Positions 43,691-56,739 of a stretch of 64,000 nt of DNA are shown here, one piece after another. The stretch comes from the human T2T-CHM13v2.0 reference genome, Homo sapiens. Under the pieces are notes generated by a model, which saw only the letters and a list, made by a program, of their open reading frames with translations, was not told the origin of the DNA and made no database searches. The stretch lies in the NCBI RefSeq assembly GCF_009914755.1, contig NC_060948.1. One strand, written 5' to 3'. The stretch's first letter is position 1. Each line of letters opens with the position of its first letter. A program made the position numbers and the translations under genes.

Positions 43691-45324
43691 TAATTGCTTT
43701 TCACTTCTGCGACTGGTATTACCCATTATAACTACATTCTTCTGTCCCTGTACAGTGAGGAAGATTTAGACATAACATGTGATTATAAATTAAAGAAAGC
43801 AAATTAAACTTTCTAATCATGAACTGCATGCTTACTCCCTATTTGCTCATTCTTATCCAATGACTCACAGTATCTGTAAGATTACTTTAAAAAAACTATA
43901 GTTGAAAATAATTTAAAGTAAAACACCAAATAATGAAATACAACATTAAATTGAACATGTCTGAATATTAATTTGGTGTCCTACACAAACGTTCAAATAA
44001 TAATTCGAAGATTTGAATGAGGCACCTCGTGTATGTAAAATTCAACTTCCTCAGTAAATCATCTATAAAATGTATTATGTTTTCTTTAATTAGTTTTGTT
44101 TGCTGCCATCTTTCATAAAACAAGAAATCCTGGTAGGGTAACTTACTAGATATTACTTGTTTAATACACAGTGCTCATATATGCTAATTTTCATTTGTGA
44201 AAACTTAATGATCAATCTCTAATAATGTGGTAATTCATTTTACGGTACAATTTAAATAAACATGGATGAATTTTTCTAAACAAACCTTTGTCTTATATTG
44301 AATAGGTATTTTAATTCTCTATAGGTACAAACTAATCATTTTTTCCCATGAACATAAAAATGTGGTGGCAAATTAAAGATTTCTGATTATAGAGTTTCAT
44401 TTTGAGAACTAATAATTCTTTTAAATATTAATAGATTATGTTAATTTTTTAATTTTAGAAAAATTGAACCAAGGCACTCATTGTGTAAGATAAAAGGACA
44501 TCAAAATGTTTTTGTTTTCTAATTTTTAAACAAATATTTTTTATCTCTAAGTGTCTGAAAATGCAAATCTGAGATTTTGAGAAAATTTATAACAAAATCA
44601 AAGGATCTTACACCATTTAGCGCATAGTATCAAATCACTATTGTTCTGTATTTTGTCATTTCAATTCACATATGTCATATAGTGAGATTGGTAGGATTTT
44701 TTTTTCATAGTCTTAAAGAGGTTATATTGTTTGTCTTAGTAATGACTATTTGATTATGTTTGCCCACAGCATATACCTTAAGTCTTATCTCACAATTTCC
44801 TAAGGCTAATTTTAGCACCCTGAAAGGGAGACATTTTGCATTTTAATGCTGATTCATTACTAACAGGTGAGACTTAACTATTGCTCTTAAAAATTGTTAT
44901 AAGTATGATGTTCACAACTGTGACCAACATATAAAAAATACTAATATCCGTAATGAAGTGACTATAGGGACATAGATACATTGTAATTTTCCTCAATGTT
45001 CAAAATAATTTTAATGGTTTTCATTTCTAAATAAATAGCATTTTAGCTATTTGGGCTGTCAAAGCCTTGGAGGTCAATTTGTCTACATTTGCTCTACGTG
45101 GACAAAATCACATTATTCCACAACTGGCGAAATCTGTTTGCTTGTGATTCTTGAATAGCAAGCATAGAATTTCCTTTCTTATTAGATTTGCTCAGGTTGG
45201 CAGACACGGTAAAATCAAATACACACATTTTAAAAATTAAACAACTATTCCAACTCCCATGGCATATAACACGTAACACAGTTCAGGATATATTTCATTA
45301 GTGTAACACATACTAAATATGATT

Positions 45325-45545
45325 CATGTAGTGCTTCATATGTGCCAGCAACTGCTATGTAAACATTAATCCGTTTAATTATCACAATGCCATCATGAAT
45401 ATGTACAGTAAATATCTGCACAAGTGAGGAAACTAAGGCACAGATGGGTTAATTTGCCAAGAACATAGTTCAAGTTAGTACATGAATTAAATACATGATT
45501 TAAAACCACGTAATATAGATCTAGAGTTCAAGCTTCTTATCTTCT
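45325..45545 (-). mobile_element. MIR SINE
   Basis: 'tatgtgccagc...gaggaaactaaggcacaga.gggttaa.ttgcc'. Confidence 0.7.
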
Positions 45546-47340
45546 TATTGTATTGTTTAATCTAAAACAAGATTATTCATAAAAAGCTTAAAACATGTCA
45601 TATTGTGCTAAGAATATCTGGAGGCCTTTGTAGCTATTTTTTTTATTTCAACAGGTTTTGGGGTAACAGGTGGTGTTTGGTTACATGGATAAGTTCTTCA
45701 GTGGTGATTTCTGAGGTTTTGGTACACCCGTCACCCCAGCAGTGTACACTGTACCCAGTGTATAGTCTTTTGTCCCTCACTCCACTCCCACCCTTGCCCC
45801 GTGTCCCCAAAGTCCATTGTATCATTCCTATGCTTTTGCATCCTCATAGCTTAGCTCCCACTTATGAACGAGAACATATGATATTTGCTTTTCCATTCCT
45901 GTTACTGCACTTAAAATAATGGTCTCCAGTTCCATCTGGGTTGCTGTGAATGCCACTATTTTGTTCCTTTTTTTGACTGAGTAGTATTCCATGGTATATA
46001 CCACATTTTCTTTATCCACTCTTTAATTGATGGCATGTAGGCTTGTTCCATATTTTTGCAATTGCAAAATGTGCTGCTATAAACATGCATGTGAAAGTAT
46101 CTTTTTGGTATAATGACTTATTTTCCTCTGGGTAGACACCCAGTAGTGGGATTGCTGGATCAAATGGTAGATCTACATTTAGTTCTTTACAGAATCTCCA
46201 TACTATTTTCCAAAGTGGTCGTACTAGTGTTCCATTTTCACCACATCCACATCAACATCTATTAGTTTTTGATTTTTTGATTACAGCCGTTCTTGCAGAA
46301 GTAAGGTGGTATTGCATTGTGGCTTTGATTTGCATTTCCCTGATCATTAGTGATGTTGAGCATTTTTTCATATGTTTGTTGGCCATTTGTATATCTTCTT
46401 TTGAGAATTGTCTATTCATGTCCTTAGCTCATTTTTTGATGGGACTGTTTGTTTTTCTTGCTGATTTGTTTGACTTCCTTGTAGATTCTGGATATTAGCC
46501 CTTTGTCAGATGTATAGATTGAGAAGTTTTCTCCCACTCTGTAGGCTGTCTGTTTACTCTGCTGATTGTTTCTTTTGCTGTACAGAAGCTTTTTAGTTTA
46601 ATTAGGTGTCATCTATTTATATTTGTTTTTGTTGCATTTGCTTTGGGGTTCTTGGTCATGAGGTCTTTGCCTAAGCCAATATCTAGAAGGGTTTTTTCCT
46701 ATGTTATCTTCTATAATTTTTATGGTTTCAGGTCTTAGATTTAAGTCTTTGATGCATCTTGAGTTGGCTTTTGTGAAAGATGAGAGATGAGGATCCAGTT
46801 CCATTCTTCTACATGTGGCTAGCCAATAATCCCAACACCATTTGTTGAATAGGGTGTCCTTTTCCCACTTTATGTGTTTGTTTGCTTTGTTGAAAATCAG
46901 TTGGCTGTAAGTATTTGGCTTTATTTCTGGGTTCTCTATTCCGTTCCATTGGTCTATGTGACTATTTTTATACCAGTGCCATGCTGTTTTGGTGACTATG
47001 GGCTTATAGTATAGTTTGAAGTTGGGTAACGTCATGACTCCAGATTTGTTCTTTTTGCTTAGTCTTGCTTTGGCTATGATGGCTCTTTTTTGGGGGTGCC
47101 ATATAAATTTAGAATTTTTTTTCTAGTTTTGTGAAGAATGATGGTGGTATTTTGATGGGAATTACATTTAATTTGTTGATTGCTTTTGACAGTATGTCAT
47201 TTTCACAATATTGATCCTACCTATCCATGAGCATGGGATGTGTTTCTACTTGTTTGTTTTGTCTATGATTTATTTCAGCAGTGTTTTATAATTTCCTTGT
47301 AGTGGTCTTTTGCCTCCTTGGCTAGGTATATTCCTAAGTA

Positions 47341-47408
47341 TTTTATTTTATTTTATTTTATTTTATTTTATTTTATTTTATTTTTATTTTATTTTATTTT
47401 ATTATTTT
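47341..47408 (+). repeat. (TTTTA)n pentanucleotide microsatellite inside L1 ORF2
   Basis: About 13 TTTTA units. Confidence 0.93.
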
Positions 47409-49187
47409 TGCAGCTTTTGTAAAAGTGGTTGAGTTCTTGAATTGATTCTCACCTTGGTATCTGTTGGTGTATAGCAGTGCTACTGATTTGAGTATATTAA
47501 TTTTGTATCCTAAAACTTCTGAATTCATTTATCAGTTATATGAGCTTTTTGGATGAGTCTTTAGGGTTTTCTAGGTATAAAATCATATCATCAGCAAACA
47601 GTGACAGTTTGACTTCCTCTTTACCAATTTGGATGCCCTTTATTTCTTTCTCTTGTCTGGTTTCTCTGGCTATGACTTCCAGCACTATATTGAATAGAAG
47701 TGGTGGAAGTGGACATCTTTGTCTTGTTCCAGTTCTTAGGGAAATGTTTATGTTTTTCCCTGTTCAGTATAATATTGGTTGTGGGTTTCTCATAGATAGC
47801 TTTTATTACATTAAATTATGTCCCTTCTATGCCGATTTTGCTGAGGGTTTTAATCATAAAGGATGCTGGATTTTGTCAAATGCTTTTTCTGCATCTATTG
47901 AGATGATCATGTGATTTTTGTTTTTAATTCTGTTTAAGTGGTGTATCACATTTATTGACTTACTTATGTTAAACCATCCCTGCATACCTGAAATGAAACC
48001 CACATGATCATGGTGCATTATCTTTTTATATGCTGATGGATTCAGTTAGCTAGTATTTTATTGAGGATTTTTACCTCTATGTTCATTAGGGATCTTGGTC
48101 TTTAGTTTTCTTTTTCTCCCATGTCCTTTCCTGGTTTTTGGTATTAGGGTGATACTGGTTTCATAAACTGATATAATGAGGATTCCTTCTTATTCTATCT
48201 TGTGGAACAGTGTCAATAGGATTGGTACCAATTCTTCTTTGAATGTCTGATAGAATTCAGCTATAAATCCATTTGATCCTGGACTTTTTGATGTTGTTAT
48301 TGTTGGCAATTTTTATATCACCATTTCAATCTCACTGCTTGTTATTGGTCTGCTCAGTTTCTATTTCTGGTTTAATCCTGGTTTAATCTAGGAAGGTTTC
48401 ATATTTTCAGGAATTTATCCATATCCTCTAGGTTTTCTAGTTTATGTGCATAAAGGTGTTCATAGTAACTTTGAATGGTCTCTTGTATTTCGGTAGTATT
48501 GGTTGTAATATCTTCCATTTTCTTTCTAACTGAGCTATTTGAATCTTCTCTCTTTTCTTTGTTAATTTCACTAATGGTTTTTCAATTTTATTTATCTTTT
48601 CAAATACAAAGCTTTTTGTTTTATCTTTTGTATTTTTCTATTCTTTCTTTCACTTTCATTTAGTTCTGCTCTTATCTTTGTTATTTATTTTCTTCTGCTG
48701 GTTTGTGGTTTGGTTTGTTCTTGTTTCTCTAGTTCCTTGAAGTGTGACTTTAGATGGTCTATTTGTGCTCCTTCAGACTTTTGGATGTAAGTGTTTAAGG
48801 CTGTGAACTTTCCTCTTAGACATGTTCTGCTGTATCCCAGATATTTTGATAGGTTGTGTCACTATTATCATTCAGTTCAAAGAATTTTTTTATTTCTATT
48901 TTGATTTTGTTGTTGACCCAAAGATCATTCAGAAGCAGGTTATTTAATTTCAATGTATTTTCATGCTTTCGAGAGTTTCTTTTGGAGTTGGGCTCCAATT
49001 GTATTCCACAGAGGTCTGAGAGAGTACTTGATATAATTTTGATTTTCTTAAATTTATTGAGACTTGTTTTGTGTCCTATCACATGGCCTATCTTGGAGAA
49101 TGTTCCTTATGCTGATGAATAGAATGTATATTCTGCAGTTATTGGGTAGAATGTCTGTAAATATCTATTACATCCATCTATTCTAGG

Positions 49188-49418
49188 GGCTCACCACAAC
49201 CTCTGCTTCCCAGGATCAAGCAATTCTCCTGCCTCAGCCTCCTGATTAGCTGGGATTACAGGCATGCACCACCACACCTGGCTAACTTTTTGTATTTTTA
49301 GTAGAGATGGGGTTTCATCATGTTGGCCAGGCTGGTCTCGAACTCCCAACCTATGTGATCCACCCGCCTCAGCCTCCCAAAGTGCTGAGATTACAGGCAT
49401 GAGCCACTGCCCCCAGCC
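49188..49418 (-). mobile_element. AluS lacking its 3' ~50 nt and A tail, inside the L1PB
   Basis: Starts at 'ggctcaccacaacctc' with no poly-T. TCTAGGG flanks both sides. Confidence 0.9.
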
Positions 49419-52400
49419 CCTCTAGGGTATAGTTTAAGTCCATTTTTTTGTTGTTGTTACTAATTGCTGTCTTTTTTTGTCGTTGTTATTAACCTGCCTA
49501 GTGCAGTCGATGGAATATTGTAGTCCCCCACTCTTATCGTGTTGCTGTCTATCGCATTTCTTAGGTTCAGTAGTAATTGTTTTATGAAGTTGGGAGCTCC
49601 AGTATTAGGTGCATATATATTTAGAATTGTTATATTTCCTTGTTGAACCAGTCCTTTTATTATTATATAATCCCTCTTTGTCTTTTTTAACTGCTGTTGC
49701 TTTAAAGTGTGTTTTTTTCTGATATAAGAACAGCTACTCCTACTGGCATTTGGTGTCCATTTGCATGGAAAATCTTTTTTCACTCCTTTCCCTCAAGTTT
49801 ATATGAGTATTTATGTGTTAGGTGAGTATCTTGAAGATAGCAGATACTTGGTGAATTTTTAATCATCCTGCCATTCTGTAACTTTAAGTGGAGCATTTAG
49901 GCCACTTGCATTCAACATTAGCATTGAGATGTGAGGTACTATTCTATTCATTATGCTATTTGTTGCCTGAATATTTAGGATTATGTTCACTGTGTTATTT
50001 TTATATATGTCCTGTTAGATTTATGCTTTAAGGAGGTTCTATTTTGGTTTATTTTGAGGTTTTGTTTCAAGACTTAGAGTTTGAAACAAAACAGCTGCTT
50101 TTAGCAGTTCTTGTAGTGCTGGCTTGGTAGTTGGTGAATTCTCTAAGCATTTGTGTGTCTGAAAAAGACTATATATTTTCTTATTTATGGAACTTTGTTT
50201 CTCTAGATGAAAAATTATTGGCTTATAATTGTTTTGTTTAAGGAGGCTAAAGGACCCCAATGTCTTCTGGTCTATAGAGTTTCTGCTATCTGATAGGTTT
50301 TCCTTTATAAGTTACCTGATGTTTTTGCCTCACAGCTCTTAAGATTCTTTTCTTCATCTTGACTTTAGATATTCTTTAGACTGTGTTCCTAGGTGATGAT
50401 CTTTTTGTGATGAATTTCCCAGGTGTTCTTTAAGCTTCTTGTATTTGGAGGTCTAGATCTCTAGCAAGACTGGGGAAGTTTTCCTCAATTATTCCCTCAA
50501 ATATGTTTTTCAAACTTTTTGATTTCTCCCTCAAGAAGCAATTATTCTTAAATTTGGCCATTTAACATATCCCAGACTTTTTGGAGACTTTGTCTTTTTA
50601 AAATTTTTTTTTTTGTCTTTGTAGGATTGTGTTAATTCAAAAGCCTTGTCTTCAAGCTCTGAATTTCTTTCTTCTACTTGTTTAACTCTATTGCTGAAAC
50701 TTTCCAGGGTATTTGGCATTTCTGTAAGTGTGTCCTTCATTTCCAGAAGTTCTGATTGCTCTTTTATTTATGTTATGTATTCATTTGGAGATTGTTTTTG
50801 TCCATATCCTGTAACTTTTAAAAAATTTCTTTGAGTTGATATTCACCTTTCTCTGGTGCCTCCTTGAGTAGCTTAAAAGGCAACCTTCTGAATTCTTTTT
50901 CTGGCAATTCAGATATTTCTTCTTGGTTTGGATTCATTGCTGGTGAGCTAGCATGATCTTTTGGAGTGTTAAAGAACTTTTCTTTGTCACATTACCAGAA
51001 CTGTCCTGCCAGTTCCTTCTTATTTGGGTAGACTATGTCAGAGGGAGGACCTGGGGCTCAAGGGCTGCTGTTCAGATTATTTTGTCCCATGGGGTGCTCC
51101 CTGGATGTGGGTGCTCAGAGATGTGGCTTCCTGAGAAGTGAACTGCAGTGAATGTTATTTTTCTTCTGGATGTAGGTGCCCAGCTACTTGGGAATGTCTG
51201 CAAAGAGACCTGTGATGTGATCCATCTTCAGGTCTCTCAACCTTGGATACTAGCACCTGTTCTGGTGGAGGTAGCAGGCGAGTGAAGTGGACTCTGTGAG
51301 GGTTCTTGGTTGTATTTTTGTTTATTGTGGTAGTTTTGTGTTGATTGGCCTGAAGCCAGGAGGTGGCGCTTTCAAGAAAGCATCAGCTGTGGTAGTATAG
51401 GGAGGACACAAGCTTGCCTAAGGTCACGAGGATAAGTTTCTCAGGCAGCAGGCAGCCCATAGAGCTCCCAAGCGATTATGTTCTTTGTCTTCAGCTACCA
51501 GGAAGGGTAGAAAAAGACCATTAGGTGTGGGCAGGGTTAGGTGTGTCTGAGTTCAGACTCCCCTTGGGCCAGGCTTGCTGAGGCCGCTGTGCGGGATTGG
51601 GGTGTGGTTCTTAGGCCAATAGAGGAATGTTTCTAGGGGAATTATGACTGCCTCTGCTGCATAATGCAGGCTGCCAGGGAAGTGGGGGAAAGCCAGCAGT
51701 TACAGGCCTCACCCAGCTCCCATGCAGCCCAAAAGGCTGGTCTCACTCCCACTATGCCCCCACCATCAGCACCCAGTTTACTTCCAGGCAGCTGGTGTGC
51801 AGGGCTGAGGACTTGCCCCAGGCTTCAGGTCTCCCTGCTGTAAAAGCAAGCAGGGCCTTTAGGTTTCATGCCTCCCCACCAGCCACAACTTATGTGCTGT
51901 GATTTCACTCCCCAGTTAACCCTCTCCCCCAGATTATGTCGAGGAAACTTTGTGTTCTGTCAAAATTGTTACAAAGTTCAGTTGGAGGTTTCCTTCTCCC
52001 TGTGGTCTTTCCCCAATTCCACAGGCGGCCTTACCCAAGGATCCTTGTGAGATAAAGTCAGAAATGGCTTTCCCAGAAACCAAGAATGCCAACAGGCCTC
52101 GTCCCACAGCTTTCTCTATCCCTCTATTTTGCCCAGCTCTCTAAGTTCATCTCAGCTCCAGGTAAAGTCAAATCCTTCTCCCATGATGTGGACATTAAGG
52201 TTCCCCAGTGAGGATGATTGTTTAGGGGCAGACGATCCCCCTTTCACATTTTCACGCTTTGGGCACTCAGAGTTTTTCGGCCATTTCCTGGAGCCTGAAG
52301 TAGCAATTCACTTCTTTCAAAGGGTCTGTGGATTCCTTTGGCTTTCCTGGTATGGTCCTGCTGTGGTTCTTCAAGCAAAAGTTTTGGATATGGGTATCCA

Positions 52401-53792
52401 CATGCTGCTCTGTCCATGTAAGTGGGAGCTGTAAGTTAGTCCTTCCTCCTACCCACTGTTTTCCCAAAGATCCAGCCTCTGAGATTTTGTTATTTATATC
52501 TTTCCTTTATGAAACTATCACCTGTCTAGTTCTTCAGAAGAAGAAGTTCGTAAATTTATTCCTTTGTTGTATTATTCAATAAGCCTGGTACAAATTTTAG
52601 GTATAAGTTCCAGTCAGACATATCAGTTTTGAACCATAAAATCATGGCACTTGTGTATTTTTTTAGTAGTTTTACAGCATGCAACAAAATATCTGCTACC
52701 AATGATAGCTGAAGTGCCAGTATTTTGAAATAATTTTCTGTCTATTCCATTGAATTCTGCATTTTCCCCATAATGTCACTTTTAGTTATTTGCAACCCGC
52801 CATTGTAACTGATATGCCTTTAATAAGAATAGAAAGTATATATTATACTGCCTCATTTTGCACAAAATTAAGCACTTTCTTATTTGCTAAAATCTTATTA
52901 CATTCATGACAATATGACAAGATGGTCAATAGCATGCCATCAGTATTATGGTAGAAAAAATTAGCAAATATCCAGTCTTAGCTCATAAATATGCAAGCAG
53001 CTAGGGACTTCTTTTTTGTCTCCACATAAAGTATATTTTTTGATATCCTGATAGTTATTGCAAATCATATATCCCAAATCAAAATAGTCTTGAGTATATT
53101 CAGGATGCTGAATGTAGCAAGTAAATTTTCCTGTGTTCCTTACATAGACTTGGTAGTATCAGCAATCAGTCACCGCATTGCTCTATCTGCTGATAGGTGG
53201 CTGTCATAAGAAAATACCTTAGGTGATTACAAACTCTTACAGTCTCCTCCTTTTCCATGTATTTTTCCTAGTTTTCAGGTCTATATGTAATAGTGCTTAT
53301 CAAATAATTTCAGTCTGTCTATATTCAAGTTGCCATTTCTGTGGTCTTTTGAACCACAGCACACAATCCTGTCACCAGTGATTCCACATGTTAGAAGTCC
53401 ATATTTTATAACAGACGGCTTATTACATGTCACACTATATGAATGACCCTGTGCTTCTCTCTCAAAGTGGAAAGTCTATATAACAGTTGCTATTACTTGG
53501 TGAAGTCCCTGGAATTGCTTGCCTCTATCCACAGTTTGCCAGAGACCTTTGAATTTCTAGGGTTTTTTCACCATATTTTAAATGTATCTCAGGGAATTAG
53601 GCTGTTGTGTGTCAGTATTAGGTTTAGCCACAGCACACTGGATTACTAGAACACCTATTTCAGCCCCTGCTGCCTAGAAATTCCAAATGAAAAATTCCTT
53701 AAACCTACTTTATTTCTCCTAGTACATTTTCATGGTGATCTAGAGACTTAGCATTCCTTGTATTAGCCAGGCTTCTATAAAATATTATTCTT

Positions 53793-54102
53793 GGCCAGGT
53801 GTGGTCACTCACACCTGTAATTCCAGCACTTTGGGAGGCTGGAGCAGGTGGACACCTTGAGCCCATGAGTTTGAGACCAGACTGGGTAACATGGAGAAAA
53901 TCCATCTCTACAACAAAAAAACAAAAATTAGTCAGGCGTGGTGATGTGTGCCTGTAGTCCCAGCTGCTTTGGAGGCTGAGATGGGAAGATCATCTTAGCC
54001 AGGGAGGTCAAGGCTGCAGTGACCCATGATTGCGCCATTGTACTCCAGCCTGGGTGACAGAGTCAGACCTTGTCTCAAATTAAAAATAATAATAATAATA
54101 AT
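53793..54102 (+). mobile_element. AluJ with (AAT)n tail
   Basis: 'ttgagccca.gagtttgagaccag.ctggg.aacat...ggaggtcaaggctgcagtga'. Confidence 0.93.
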
Positions 54103-55019
54103 GGTCTTGGTAAATCAACAGATTTAAGAAAAATATTTGGGAGTTTTCCTACATCAGTGTAATGTATGATTCACTATAGCTTGATATAAGAAATAAATCA
54201 AATAAAACATAAATTTAGGAAAAAGTGGAGACTAGTTGTACCTACTTTCAGTTCACCAGTGGCTATACACTAGACAATATCAGTCTTTATTACACTATTG
54301 AATACTGAGTGTGTGTCAGATACAAGATCCTAGATCTGCTTATCAGAAGTATATAAAACTCCACTGAATACATTGTGGACATTCAATAAATATTACAAAA
54401 TAGCAGTGTGTCGAATTGTACAGAAGGCATATGTGCTGACTGAAAAGAGAGAGAATTGTTAGATTTGTTTACTGTAAATGCCAAGGGAGAGGTAAAATTT
54501 CGCTATGCTAGAACTTATTTATATGTATTACTTCATATAAAGAGAATTGTTCAAAGACATGATGGAGGGGAGTTAGGAACATAGACACAACTGAACTTAA
54601 CCTGTGTATTTCAGTGCCCATCAATACAAGGCTATGGCTTCTCTCTTGAGATAGATATCTGTTGTCTCTTGAGGAACCTTTTTATTGTTAAAAGAAGTTT
54701 CTCTTTGGCAATCCATCAAACATAGCAACTTTCAGGAATATCCTTCTGAAATGACTCTAATGATTGTGTTTACACAACCAGACTGTGTTAGTTGCACTTC
54801 CTCTTTTCCAAACATTTTCTTGAATTCAATGAGAAAATATATAGTTTGTATTTTTCAATGAGTTTTCATTATGGTCTGCAAAAACACTCTGGGCTGTTCT
54901 GAGATAGAAATGGATTTGGCAGCCTCAAATTGTTTGTGATATGGAGAGGCCCAGCAATGGTACTTGAACTAAAAACATGATGTGAGGAAGTTCTGTGAAA
55001 ATCATATATCTTGACTTTC

Positions 55020-56725
55020 AGTTAATGATGGTGGATTAAAACCATCATTTCAGCTCTGTTCCCTCACAAACACCATTAACATTATAGAAAAGGCATTTTA
55101 AAGACATAATCTCATAAAAACTAAATAATGAAAGAAAAGTAGCGGGAAAAAATTAGAGATAAAAATCAGACAGATGAGTGGTTGTTGAGCTACCACAAAG
55201 TCTAAGCAAGGTAATACTAAGATATGTGAATCACAAGCTGGCAATAGAGAAAGTTGAAGAAAGAAATTCAATTTAAATTATACAATGCCCGAAAGGATCC
55301 CTAATTGTTGGCACTGTGTACCTTTGGAAGAACTGGTTGAAAATATTATTAAGAAGCAATTAGATGACCTATCCAGATTCCCTCTAGTGGGTGATTGTCT
55401 TTTCATCATCCCTGCAGAAAACAGGTTTATTCTATGAGGAGGACAAAACAGAGTCTCTGTACTAGGTGAAATAAGATGCAATTTATGTCAGGGGTAGCTT
55501 ACTCAAAGAGGGCTTAACTGAAAGTTTAGGCACTGAATATAGAGATACCTTAGCTGATTTTCTTCTCTCCACATCCAGAACTTTAGTAGACAGAGTTATA
55601 TCCTCCAGAAAAAGGAATGGAAATAATTTCTCGCAAATTTAACCGATTGAAATGGGAAAAATACATATAAAAATAAATAAAAGATTGACAATGATATTAG
55701 AGACTCTTCAGTTAAACTGTCCAGCCATATTATCCATAGCAGAAATATAGTTAACAAACCCCACTCTCATGCTGTTTCAAACATCTTTTTATATTGTCTC
55801 TTTATAATTATGCACAGACCAACAGGAGCACAGGGTTTTGAGGAAATCATTTAACGTGAGAGTCAATGATCTAATCAAATAAACAACAAAAATCAATTTT
55901 GAAGGAAATGAGATGATTCAGGGGAAATTATATATGAAAATATATTTCTATTAATAGCCTTAGACAATAAGAGTAAATATCGTATCCAAAAAACAAAAAT
56001 AGGACACTTTGAAAGAAAGACCATCAACATTGATCTCTTGAAAATTAAAAATACGAAAACAAATTAAACCTTAGTAGAAACTTTGGCATATGGAGTTGAA
56101 TAAATCTCCAAGAAAGGAGAATCAAAAGTAAAAAGAAGTAATTAACAAGAGAAAATTTATAAGAAAAATATTGACCAGCACAAAAATTCCAACATCTAAA
56201 TAGTAGGATTTACAGAAAGAGATAACAGAGAAAACTACAATAACAAGAACAGTTTCTTCAAAGAAGAAACAGAATAAAATTTTCTAGAAGGGCAAGTCAT
56301 GAGTGTCCAGACTGAGAGTGTCCACTGAATGCAATTAATTAAAACGGACCTACATTAAGCAACATAACCACGAAATGTTCATATACAGGTTACACTGAAA
56401 ATATACAAGATTTCAGAAAAAAATAAAAGAACAAGACTTATAAGAAAAATCACAAATTAGAATGACAGTAACCTCTCAGCAGTTTCTCAGGAAGCTTAAA
56501 AGCAGTGAAAAATATACTACAATTATGAGAAAAAATATTACAAAACCTAAAATTATACAGCTAACTAAATTATCAATTAAAGTACTATAAAGACATATTA
56601 ACAACTCATTAAATATTGTGTCTCATGTGCTTCAACTTAAGAGAAATTTGGAGCATAAACTTTCCAAATCAGGAAAAAAGAAAAAGAGAGAGAGAAAGAG
56701 GTTCAATTAAGAGAAGACATGAGAC
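55020..56725 (+). mobile_element. Highly decayed old L1 (L1ME-type) 5'/ORF1 region
   Basis: A-rich, with ORF1-like motifs 'tccaacatctaaatagtagga.ttacagaaagaga.aacagagaaaa' and 'acctaaaattatacagctaactaaattatc'. Confidence 0.6.
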
Positions 56726-56739
56726 CTTGAGCAAATACG

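Larger units (their letters stand above)
45637..52466 (-). mobile_element. Near full-length L1PB (L1PB1-like 3' end, L1PBa-like 5' end), decayed
   Basis: Continuous antisense 3' UTR, ORF2 ('[11 protein letters not shown]', '[13 protein letters not shown]', 'ILNIYAPNTGAP'), ORF1 ('TKPALQELLK', 'EERNSELEDK') and a GC-richer 5' UTR ending 'gtaagttagtcc...ttccc'. Confidence 0.93.

Noticed and set aside
45637-52466. Retrotransposition-competent full-length L1
   Set aside because: Old L1PB lineage; ORF1 and ORF2 fragmented, with Alu and microsatellite insertions.
54280-54420. L2 fragments
   Set aside because: Only short motif resemblance ('cattcaataaatatt'); too decayed to support a call by eye.
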